Assembly (NCBI GenBank): GCA_018650165.1
Contig: JABIGM010000027.1
Location: 1-61,742 of the forward strand
DNA: 61,742 nucleotides
From: Methanobacteriota archaeon
GTDB taxonomy: Archaea > Thermoplasmatota > Poseidoniia > Poseidoniales > Poseidoniaceae
Direction: 5' to 3'
In this document: piece after piece, positions 53,939 through 61,742 of the stretch
Layout of the letters: each line of letters begins with the position of its first letter
Position numbering within the stretch: position 1 is the first letter of the stretch
The notes under the pieces: generated by a model
Database searches by the model: none
What the model was told of the DNA's origin: nothing
Seen by the model: the letters and a program-made list of their open reading frames with translations, nothing else
Made by a program: the position numbers and the translations under genes

Positions 53939-55225
53939 ATGCAACCTGAAGGGTGGCCAGGACATATTTGGCTAGAAGGTAGAACTTCGGTTCACCTTCG
54001 AAACCATCAGTTACGACCCTCACATATGCCAAGAGGTCCTGCTGCAAAAACCGGAGAAGGTTTTCTCAATCCCGCAATGGCGCCTGCGCGTACACGTTCA
54101 GTGATGCTTTTAGCAGATGCTTTGGAAAATGGTTGGTTAGTTCCCGAGGGCAAAATTATTCGTGCATTAGATGCACTATGTGCTACAGGAGTTAGGCCCC
54201 GTCGGTGGAGAAAGGAAATTCCGTCTCAAGACCGATTGAGAATTACTGCTAATGACTTAGATTCGGATGCGCTTGCCTGGGCAAGAGAGTCTCATCGTAG
54301 ACATCCGGTCGGAGATAATCTACAATGGGTTCCAGAACCAAGTAGGTTCTCTAGAGAACAAGAAGGGGTTGTTGAAGGTGGCATTCATTGGATTGAAGGT
54401 GATGCTACAAGGTTGATGGTTCAAGCACCATTCCAGTGGATAGATTTAGATCCATTCGGTTCACCTGTTGGATTTCTTGATTCTGCAATTCAAGCGATTT
54501 CAAGAGTCGGTGTTCTAGAAGTTACTGCCACAGATACTGCAGCATTATGCGGCTCTGCAAAAACTAGTGCTGCACGCAGATATGGCTCAGTAGGAATTAC
54601 TGATTCGTATATGCATGATGATGCTACGAGGATTTTACTCGGGACAATAGCAAGAGTTGCTGCAATGCATGACAAATCAATTCATCCAATTCTTTCGCTA
54701 TTTGATGGCCATCATGTTCGCGTGACTGTTCTTCTAAAGCGTTCGAAAGAAGAGGCTTCTAATTGGAATCAAAATATAGGTTATCGGATTCGCTCTGAAC
54801 CTTATCACTTCGCCCCTCAGTCTGAAGGTGAGTTTTCTGGGCCAATGTGGACTGGCCCAATATTTGATGCTGAAATCGCAGGCAGAATTACTGTGGAAAA
54901 GGCAATTGAATTATGTGCGGGTAGAGATGGTGATTTGCCTGAAGATTGGGGAGAGGTCGATATCGAACATTCCCAAAGAGAGATTCAGAGGAGTGTACGC
55001 CATATTTCAGAATCAGCTGAATTACTATCTCAGGAACATTTGCTCGTTGCTGTAGATGATTTGGGTATTGCTGCCGGGGTTGGCCAAATTCCATCAATGA
55101 AGAAAATTAAGACGGGTTTAGAAGATGCTGGATTCAGAATGGCAAGATGCCATATGCCTGAAGCAATGTTTGCAACAGATGCAGATTGGCAAACGGTTCT
55201 AGATGTTACTAAATCAGCCAAATGA
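53939..55225 (+). CDS. trm1: tRNA (guanine26-N2)-dimethyltransferase
   Basis: GFLNPAMAPARTRSV, DALCATGVRPRRW, WIDLDPFGSP, EVTATDTAALCG and GPMWTGPI. Confidence 0.88.
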   Translation: MQPEGWPGHIWLEGRTSVHLRNHQLRPSHMPRGPAAKTGEGFLNPAMAPARTRSVMLLADALENGWLVPEGKIIRALDALCATGVRPRRWRKEIPSQDRLRITANDLDSDALAWARESHRRHPVGDNLQWVPEPSRFSREQEGVVEGGIHWIEGDATRLMVQAPFQWIDLDPFGSPVGFLDSAIQAISRVGVLEVTATDTAALCGSAKTSAARRYGSVGITDSYMHDDATRILLGTIARVAAMHDKSIHPILSLFDGHHVRVTVLLKRSKEEASNWNQNIGYRIRSEPYHFAPQSEGEFSGPMWTGPIFDAEIAGRITVEKAIELCAGRDGDLPEDWGEVDIEHSQREIQRSVRHISESAELLSQEHLLVAVDDLGIAAGVGQIPSMKKIKTGLEDAGFRMARCHMPEAMFATDADWQTVLDVTKSAK

Positions 55226-55957
55226 TGGGTCTGATTCATCTTCCGGCGCTGGAAGCATTGTTTGAGAGTTCTCGAATACTTCCCTAACACTATCTTCTAT
55301 CTTTCTAGCATCCTCTAATAGGGATGAAAGTGGAATCTCGATTTCGGTCAGTTCACTAACCGCCTCTATTGCTAAGGCAGCTGCTCTTGCATCTGGATAC
55401 ATTGGATTACAATCAGCCATAATTGCTGTGATGTCTAGCCCCAGCCGGTCCCCTTCTGCAATTAAGTAGCCCGCAATACCTGCAACAATTCCTTGACGGA
55501 CTGGTTCTATGTCTGCGTTCTTTAATCGGCTACGACCCACTTTTGATGAGCTTACGCCATAAAGTGCCCCGTCTCTATCATCGATATTTTCACGAGCAAC
55601 TCCATCGATAACTATCAATTGATCGAATCCGCCTTTAGTGAACCAATCAAGTACTGTATTTGCAAAAAGAACATCCCTCTCCGGACCAAATCTTACCTCT
55701 GCGGTAAATACTCCAACATTGTCGCCTTGATAGACTCTAACTGGATGTTTTGGGACCTCGTGATGGATTAAAGCCATGGCTGGAAATTCTGAATTTAGGA
55801 CGGTTCCTTGCTGCTTTAAGTTCAATTGGCTAATCACATGTGATGCTGCTATCACACCAACCATGCCAACTGTTGAAAACCCACAAATTGCAACACCGCT
55901 AGTCCTTGGATCAGCATCCTTGTGCAATACAAGGTCGTAGGTTGCTTGGTCTGCCAT
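55214..55957 (-). CDS. PAC2-family proteasome assembly chaperone
   Basis: GFSTVGMVGVIAASH, PVRVY, GIVAGIAGYLI and PMYPDARAAA. Confidence 0.86.
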   Translation of the reverse strand: MADQATYDLVLHKDADPRTSGVAICGFSTVGMVGVIAASHVISQLNLKQQGTVLNSEFPAMALIHHEVPKHPVRVYQGDNVGVFTAEVRFGPERDVLFANTVLDWFTKGGFDQLIVIDGVARENIDDRDGALYGVSSSKVGRSRLKNADIEPVRQGIVAGIAGYLIAEGDRLGLDITAIMADCNPMYPDARAAALAIEAVSELTEIEIPLSSLLEDARKIEDSVREVFENSQTMLPAPEDESDPSFG

Positions 55958-55998
55958 GTGACGGCCTCAGGTTGACTCATTCAAAGGTCTTGCGAAAA

Positions 55999-58900
55999 TC
56001 ATTCCACGAATTCAGACCAATCATCTTTACCAGCATCTCGATACCACCAGACTCCTAATTCGTCTTCGTACCATTCAGTTCCATGCTCATCAACTGTGAT
56101 TCCTGTGTCTTCGCCGGTGGCATTTTCAGATTCTCCTACATACTCTTCTTCATATTCTTCTTCGACGTAAGTATCCCCTTCCTCAAAGTCCGCAATAATA
56201 TCGGGCCTATCTGGAGTTTCATCGTCGATCGTTTTATCGTCGAATTCATCGAGTGCAAGTCCAATTGGAAGTGGTTTCGCGATTCTATCGGATTCTAATT
56301 CTGGCTCCATATCTAAATCGTCTTCTTCCCAGTCTTCAACATCGCTATTTTTAATTCTAATAATTATGAAGACTGCTAATCCCAGGAATGCTATTCCACC
56401 AACTCCTCCGATATACAGCATAGTATTACTCGAAGCATCGTCATCATTGGTCGTTGCTTGGTCGGTATTATCGGGGTTGGAGTCAGGAGTTACATCTGGC
56501 TCCTCGCCTTTCAATGTCCATGAAATTTCAAGCTTCAATTGCTTATCACCGGGTGATGTATAATCCAGAGGCCCTTGTATCAAATCGAGTTCCATTTTTC
56601 CATTCGTCAAACCAAGTTCTGAAAGGTTTTCCAATATATCAACTCGTATCTCTATTGTTGTACTTGCAGAACCTTCCAATGTAAATTCACTTTGACCTGG
56701 AGAAGGATTGAATTCGATATAATCTGGCCAATTAGACCAACCGTCTGGCTCTAATGAAATTTCGATGGAGAAATTATTGGGATTGGTAATTGTACAATCG
56801 ATTTCTTCATCCAAATCTGGATCCACTATTACTGCTCCACAATCAATCACCACATCATCCATTGTGCTTGGAATCCACGGTGTATCCGTCGTTTCGTTTC
56901 CGTCTGTTTCATTCTCTTCGATTACGGTGCCAAAAGTGACTAATATTATTTCCAAGGAATTATTTCCGGCATTGATCCAAGTAGGTTCAGTCAAATTGAC
57001 GAACAGTAAGCCACCGCCCGGGAAATTAACTAGGAATTGACTGAATCCACCATTTATTTGTGCGGTATCTGATAGTGTTACATTTGTACTACTATTGAAT
57101 ATGGTCCATTCAATAGTCGCCCCTTCAAGCATTGAAGCTTGTTCAGGATTTGTGGCCACAAGATTGACTCTCACGTCTGTTTCATTATCCCAATCTAACT
57201 CATAGACGGATTTTACTGGAGTGAATGCTGCATCTACAGTTACTACTCTGGTTACGGAAGTTGATGCTGAGGCGATTGGCCTATTTTGTTCATCACCAAT
57301 GTCTCCACTATAATTGACCCAAATCGTGACATCGCCTCTCAAGTCAGCTGCCCAAGAGCCCAATAATGAGAAGTCTGAAGAATGGACCCCCGACCAATTC
57401 TCTGCGAGTAGCCACGAATCAGTAGAATTGGCTAATGTAATTGTGACTGTCCCTACTGGAGTAATTTCAACTCCTCCACCCGTTGCGGTCAAATTGATAT
57501 CAAGAGGATGTCCAATACCAATAATCGGAGATGTTTCAATATCTATTTCAACAGGAAGATGGGTATCATTGCGTGAATAACTAGGCCCTACTGATGTTAC
57601 TTCTTTGGTATAATTTCCAAACGAATCTACTGCAACAACTGCGAACCAGTATCCTGTTCCATCAATTAAACCTGTGAATGTCATTTCATTCCAATACCAA
57701 TTCCCCCAGCCTATCTGAGTTGCCATATCCGTCGAATTGAATTCTGAGGTTGATGTGTATACGTCATAAGAATCGATTCCATATGGGTAAGCCAGGCTTG
57801 ACCCTGGTAGCAGGTCCCAAGTCACTATCAAAGAACCGCCGCCATCATCCTCGACATCAGTTACTGTTACTCCTGTTACTGCCTCGTGCGGGGCCGGGTA
57901 GGGTATGGTGACCTCTAGTAAATTTGAGAGATTGGAAGTTACACCGAATTGGTGTACACTCCTCACAGCATATGTGTATGTGTCTTCGACTGATACTACA
58001 TCATCTACAGTAATATTAGCCATTGAGATTGCATATGGTGAATCAATATCAATTACTTCAACCGACGCATCATAACGGAAAACTTCGAATCTAACTAAGT
58101 CGGTTCCAAAAGAAATCATATCGTTCCAAGCAAGAGTCACTTTCGATGGAGTTAACTCTTGTAGAACCAAAGTAGGGGTTGTGGGAAGAGAGAGGTCAGG
58201 GGCACCTGGTGTATGGATTGCCACTAAGTTGGTCAATGAGATTTTGCCTGCGTTTGTGGAGTTTACTGGTACATTAAGTAAATAATTTCCAACTCCTCCC
58301 GTCATACCTTGATTTAGGACATTCGTCAAATTAACTGTAACGTGAGGATTGTTTGCCACGAAGAATGTACAATCATAACCAATATCGAGATTTGTTAGAT
58401 TGAAATCGCCCGCACCTGAACTTTGTATTGTCATCGAATAATTTGCCATATAGATGCCGTATGAATCGATATATGATGGTTGAGCGATTAGTAGCGGATT
58501 CAAATCATCCCTGATACCATTGGTTTCATCACTCATTTCAAGTGGATCTAAATTATTGGATGAGTCTCCAGCATATCCTGCTCTGCTCATCTCTGCATTA
58601 CCGTCTCCATCAACATCTAATTCGATGCTGTGCCATCCTCCAATGAATACTCCAAGAGTGTTTTCACCTGCAGAAACTATCTGCTCTAACGTTCCGTCCC
58701 CATCCATATCCATAGTCATAATTGATGTTGGAATCGACCAAGGTTCTAACTCGAATAATCCAAGAGTCCCAATATTAGTGGAATTGATTGGACGGAATGT
58801 GATATAGCCTTCTATCGTTGAAGATTGCCCGTCTGAAATTCCGGAAACAGGGGTCAACAAATCAAGGTCGCCATCGCTATCAAAATCTCCCACTGTAGCG

Positions 58901-60147
58901 CCATTCAATTCGATTTGATTTTGTACTACTGTTGGATCCCATTGTGTTCCATTGTTTATTAAAAATGCATATCCTTGGTCGTTTGACCCAAGTAAATCGA
59001 GGTCGCCGTCACCATCTAAATCAGAAATTAAGTCGTTTTGTTTAATGTGGTCGAATGAAGTAATTGGCCCGCCCCATGCGCCTGCAAAGATTTGCCAATT
59101 GGTCCAATGGCCCATTTGGTCCATCACTAGAACAGAATTATTCCCATTATTGAAAAAATCCTCGACGTGTAATGAGATTAAATTAGCGGGCATTCCAGAA
59201 GAGCCGTTTGGATTGATGGTTTCTTCTGTTGCAGTTGTCAATCCAGATGATGAATTATCCCATACTTGAAAAGATAAAACTCCCATGTTATGGATTGTGA
59301 TAATATCGTCCATTCCATCTTGATTGATATCGCTAACCTCTCCTTCAATTAATCCGCTGGAAAGTGAAATATTCAATACTGGATCGAAGGATGATGTGTT
59401 ACCAAGATGTATACATGCTTGGCTTGTAACTGTTGAAAACACCACCACATCTTGATTTCCGTCGGCGTTAATATCGCCTACAGATAGGGATGTTGCATTG
59501 TCACAAGTTGCGATTGCTGTCGTGGTTGTGATGCCGTTGCTCGATGACCAATCGGCCCAAACGATTGATGCTGCGAATGAAGTTGTATTTAGTGCCGACA
59601 AAAATACAGGTTCGGGTAATCCATCGCCATCAATATCGGACTCTGTTACATCTTGATAATCACCAATTGGAAAGAAACCTCCTCCTGACTGTGGGGAGAA
59701 ACTAGCATTGAGTGTTGACGATTGGATGTTTGCTGAAGATGGGAGTAGAACTCCCGGTACTGCGGTTGATGACCCATTACTAGAAACGGTTGACCATTCG
59801 GCTCCATGATAGAATGTATTTTGATGTCCAATGTTTCCATATCCTGTATCTGTAAATTCCCATTCAAATATTCCATCTTCATCGATATCGATCCACACTT
59901 TTCCAGGACTAGCGTCGCTAGCATCAACTTCTATGTCAAGACTTACCGAGCTAAATGTGACATTACGAGGAACATCGATCGTTGTTGAATTATCAATTGC
60001 TCCACCTTGTAAAGTTACAGTTTCAGTAGCAAATCCGCCACTAAAAGTATCGATTGTTGTTGATTCCCCCGATGCTGAAGCAAAGCCAACTGGTAGAGAT
60101 GAACCAAGTAATAAAAGCATAATCAGGACAGGTGAGATGCGCTTCAT
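55999..60147 (-). CDS. Large (1382 aa) surface protein: signal peptide, FG-GAP/VCBS propeller, FN3-like domains, TM and acidic tail
   Basis: Signal peptide. DIDGDG, DINADG, DINQDG, DLDGDGD, DFDSDGD, DMDGDG and DVDGDG motifs. FN3 (YTYAVRSV; YWFAVVAVD), TM YIGGVGGIAFLGLAVFIIIRIK and a very acidic tail. Confidence 0.82.
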   Translation of the reverse strand: MKRISPVLIMLLLLGSSLPVGFASASGESTTIDTFSGGFATETVTLQGGAIDNSTTIDVPRNVTFSSVSLDIEVDASDASPGKVWIDIDEDGIFEWEFTDTGYGNIGHQNTFYHGAEWSTVSSNGSSTAVPGVLLPSSANIQSSTLNASFSPQSGGGFFPIGDYQDVTESDIDGDGLPEPVFLSALNTTSFAASIVWADWSSSNGITTTTAIATCDNATSLSVGDINADGNQDVVVFSTVTSQACIHLGNTSSFDPVLNISLSSGLIEGEVSDINQDGMDDIITIHNMGVLSFQVWDNSSSGLTTATEETINPNGSSGMPANLISLHVEDFFNNGNNSVLVMDQMGHWTNWQIFAGAWGGPITSFDHIKQNDLISDLDGDGDLDLLGSNDQGYAFLINNGTQWDPTVVQNQIELNGATVGDFDSDGDLDLLTPVSGISDGQSSTIEGYITFRPINSTNIGTLGLFELEPWSIPTSIMTMDMDGDGTLEQIVSAGENTLGVFIGGWHSIELDVDGDGNAEMSRAGYAGDSSNNLDPLEMSDETNGIRDDLNPLLIAQPSYIDSYGIYMANYSMTIQSSGAGDFNLTNLDIGYDCTFFVANNPHVTVNLTNVLNQGMTGGVGNYLLNVPVNSTNAGKISLTNLVAIHTPGAPDLSLPTTPTLVLQELTPSKVTLAWNDMISFGTDLVRFEVFRYDASVEVIDIDSPYAISMANITVDDVVSVEDTYTYAVRSVHQFGVTSNLSNLLEVTIPYPAPHEAVTGVTVTDVEDDGGGSLIVTWDLLPGSSLAYPYGIDSYDVYTSTSEFNSTDMATQIGWGNWYWNEMTFTGLIDGTGYWFAVVAVDSFGNYTKEVTSVGPSYSRNDTHLPVEIDIETSPIIGIGHPLDINLTATGGGVEITPVGTVTITLANSTDSWLLAENWSGVHSSDFSLLGSWAADLRGDVTIWVNYSGDIGDEQNRPIASASTSVTRVVTVDAAFTPVKSVYELDWDNETDVRVNLVATNPEQASMLEGATIEWTIFNSSTNVTLSDTAQINGGFSQFLVNFPGGGLLFVNLTEPTWINAGNNSLEIILVTFGTVIEENETDGNETTDTPWIPSTMDDVVIDCGAVIVDPDLDEEIDCTITNPNNFSIEISLEPDGWSNWPDYIEFNPSPGQSEFTLEGSASTTIEIRVDILENLSELGLTNGKMELDLIQGPLDYTSPGDKQLKLEISWTLKGEEPDVTPDSNPDNTDQATTNDDDASSNTMLYIGGVGGIAFLGLAVFIIIRIKNSDVEDWEEDDLDMEPELESDRIAKPLPIGLALDEFDDKTIDDETPDRPDIIADFEEGDTYVEEEYEEEYVGESENATGEDTGITVDEHGTEWYEDELGVWWYRDAGKDDWSEFVE

Positions 60148-60246
60148 GTATATACCCGTGGAATTGAATGAATATGCCGCTCCTTCAAGTGCCTTATCCC
60201 TAAATGTAGAAAAATACCTCGTTTTTTCCGGTTATTGATTTAGCCG

Positions 60247-60278
60247 AATGTTATTTACTAATCAGGACTAATAACATT
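60247..60278. promoter_or_regulatory. Perfect 9-bp inverted repeat AATGTTATT-n14-AATAACATT in a divergent intergenic region
   Basis: Arms at 60247-60255 and 60270-60278, between the large surface-protein gene and the wHTH gene. Confidence 0.5.
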
Positions 60279-60403
60279 TTATTTGGTGATTTATGGCCCC
60301 GGGCAGGGCTTTTGGATGATTCAATATCATAATATTAGTCTGCAAGCAACCCGCTGAAATTGTTATGAAGAAGAGCAAGGTCGGCGAAACAGAGGGTGGT
60401 TGT

Positions 60404-60904
60404 ATGGAAGACGATGCAAGAATTATAATTCGGGCCGGTGATGTAGAAATAGACCTCTCAGGGGCACAATCTACAGTTGATGAACGCCTCACTAAATTAC
60501 GCGAGGATGATACTTGGTCAATTGCACTTTCAAGGATTCGTAATGCACGAGAGCGTGCGATAGAAGCCGCTGTAGATGCGGCCCGCGGAGCCGGTTTGCC
60601 AGAACGTGGTTCGGCATTCCGTGCATTAATCGAAAATTGTAGTCTAGTTCGAAAGCCAGACCAGGTATTAGGTGCAATTCAGTATCTTCGTGATGTTGAG
60701 GGTGTGAACGATAGCCCCCCTCGAGTTATCGATATGCTGTTCGAAGATGCTGGGCTAGAGCCGCCCGGCAATCTTTCTCTATACCTAAACCGGCTTCGTG
60801 AAAGAGGATTCCTAGTAACTCCTCCATCTGCGAAAGAGAAAAATCGCTATGCCATCGTTACTCCTGAAGGAAGAGCACATCTCGACAAATGTAGTCGAAT
60901 GTGA
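60404..60904 (+). CDS. Hypothetical protein with a probable C-terminal winged helix-turn-helix
   Basis: DQVLGAIQYL...GLEPPGNLSLYLNRLRERGFL...YAIVTPEGR fits a wHTH pattern. ATG 60404 is preferred; 60365 is possible. Confidence 0.58.
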   Translation: MEDDARIIIRAGDVEIDLSGAQSTVDERLTKLREDDTWSIALSRIRNARERAIEAAVDAARGAGLPERGSAFRALIENCSLVRKPDQVLGAIQYLRDVEGVNDSPPRVIDMLFEDAGLEPPGNLSLYLNRLRERGFLVTPPSAKEKNRYAIVTPEGRAHLDKCSRM

Positions 60905-60917
60905 ATTGGGTGATTTC

Positions 60918-61340
60918 ATGGTAATGTCGGGCAGTAGCACCGACGAAGAAGAGGTTTCTCTCGATTGGTCATTTCAAAATCATGCAGATGAATTATTGCG
61001 AAGGGGTAATCATCCTCGGTCAAATTTTCGTAGGTCAATATTAGATCGTGCGGATTTAACTGAAGGTAATTTTGTCGATTCTGATTTTCGTAAAGCCTCG
61101 ATGGTCGAAGTCGATTTAATGAAATCCGCATTTGATAACTGTGATTTTAGAGGAGCGGATTTACGTAAAGCTCGTCTAAACCTATCCAATTTTAGGAATT
61201 GTTCGTTTGAAGGAGCGGATATCCGGGGTATACGTGGGCGATATGCGATTTGGCAAGGAACTGATTGGTGGAATGCAAAACTCGATGATGATCTTGCTAA
61301 AATTTTGGCTAAAAAATGGCCGCGTCCAGAAGATGCTTGA
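60918..61340 (+). CDS. Pentapeptide repeat protein
   Basis: SNFRR SILDR ADLTE GNFVD SDFRK ASMVE ... CDFRG ADLRK ARLNL SNFRN CSFEG ADIRG. GGTGA SD before ATG 60918. Confidence 0.87.
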   Translation: MVMSGSSTDEEEVSLDWSFQNHADELLRRGNHPRSNFRRSILDRADLTEGNFVDSDFRKASMVEVDLMKSAFDNCDFRGADLRKARLNLSNFRNCSFEGADIRGIRGRYAIWQGTDWWNAKLDDDLAKILAKKWPRPEDA

Positions 61341-61365
61341 ATAAGTGAGTCCCGTACGGAACACT

Positions 61366-61742
61366 ATGGCAGTTCATTTGGAGCGGCGGGTTGATTTCCC
61401 CATGTTGGATATGGCGGGTATTGCCTTCTATCCTCGTATCTATGACCTTGCACATCGTTTCTTTGAAGAAGCGTGGGTTGAGATGTGCGGTGTCGGCTAT
61501 CCGTATATTATCAGTGAACTCGAAATTGGATTTCCTGTTGTTGACATCAAATCAGAATTTCATGCCCCGTTTAGATATGGGGATACCGTGACTGCCAAAA
61601 TTTGGATTTCAAAAGTCGGAAATAAATCCTGCACTTGGCAATACAGATTTCATAATCAAAATAAGGAACTTCTATGGTCTAGTGAGCAAGTTACTGTTTG
61701 TGTCAGTATGATAAATATGGATTCGCAAATTATTCCTGATGA
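61366..61742 (+). CDS. Acyl-CoA thioesterase (4HBT/hotdog fold), runs off the right edge; not in the ORF track
   Basis: Translated by hand: MAVHLERRVDFPMLDMAGIAFYPRIYDLAHRFFEEAW...FPVVDIKSEFHAPFRYGDTV...VGNKS. This has the DxAGIxF/Y motif of 4HBT-type thioesterases. Confidence 0.82.
   Translation, partial: MAVHLERRVDFPMLDMAGIAFYPRIYDLAHRFFEEAWVEMCGVGYPYIISELEIGFPVVDIKSEFHAPFRYGDTVTAKIWISKVGNKSCTWQYRFHNQNKELLWSSEQVTVCVSMINMDSQIIPD

Noticed and set aside
54431-54440. TTCCAGTGGA, an ORB-like core inside trm1
   Set aside because: It encodes FQWI in the conserved methyltransferase region and has no AAA or G-string, so it is explained by coding.
1593-61591. The many other 60-220 aa ORFs nested in or antisense to real genes (e.g. 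4652-5311, 12759-13289, 38298-38744, 48161-48667, 61391-61591)
   Set aside because: They overlap well-supported genes, have no recognisable motifs and show the Ser/Ile/Pro-rich composition typical of antisense frames.

Overview
A gene-dense chromosomal segment from a marine heterotrophic euryarchaeon, most likely Marine Group II (Ca. Poseidoniales). The lineage is inferred, not searched. It rests on archaeal markers (gatE, pth2, trm1, mcm, PAC2, RaSEA, archaeal-type ychF, GGTGA/GGAGG Shine-Dalgarno motifs) mixed with bacterial-like genes (addAB, rlmH, pduO, maeB-PTA) and giant membrane-anchored surface proteins. There are 46 protein-coding genes. Two run off the window ends and are missing from the ORF track: an MMPL transporter at left and an acyl-CoA thioesterase at right. 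I found no tRNA, rRNA, CRISPR array or mobile element. The most notable observations are: (1) a 12-TM-type membrane protein that aligns by eye to cbb3-oxidase subunit I (CcoN) but lacks all six metal-ligand histidines and is fused to two EF-hands and a SAP/HeH-like tail; (2) a near-canonical archaeal origin recognition box (ORB, ATTCCAGTGGAAATGAAGGGG) plus two half-sites directly upstream of mcm, with no cdc6 nearby; (3) a probable cobalamin-scavenging pair, a CbrT-like ECF S-component plus a beta-propeller/DUF4430 fusion, with pduO elsewhere in the window; (4) two giant surface proteins that appear to share one scaffold and an FN3-like D-x-x-x-D-D-G module but carry different propeller heads; (5) an AddAB pair in which both subunits keep a four-Cys nuclease staple. 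All family assignments come from reading motifs by eye; no database search was run.
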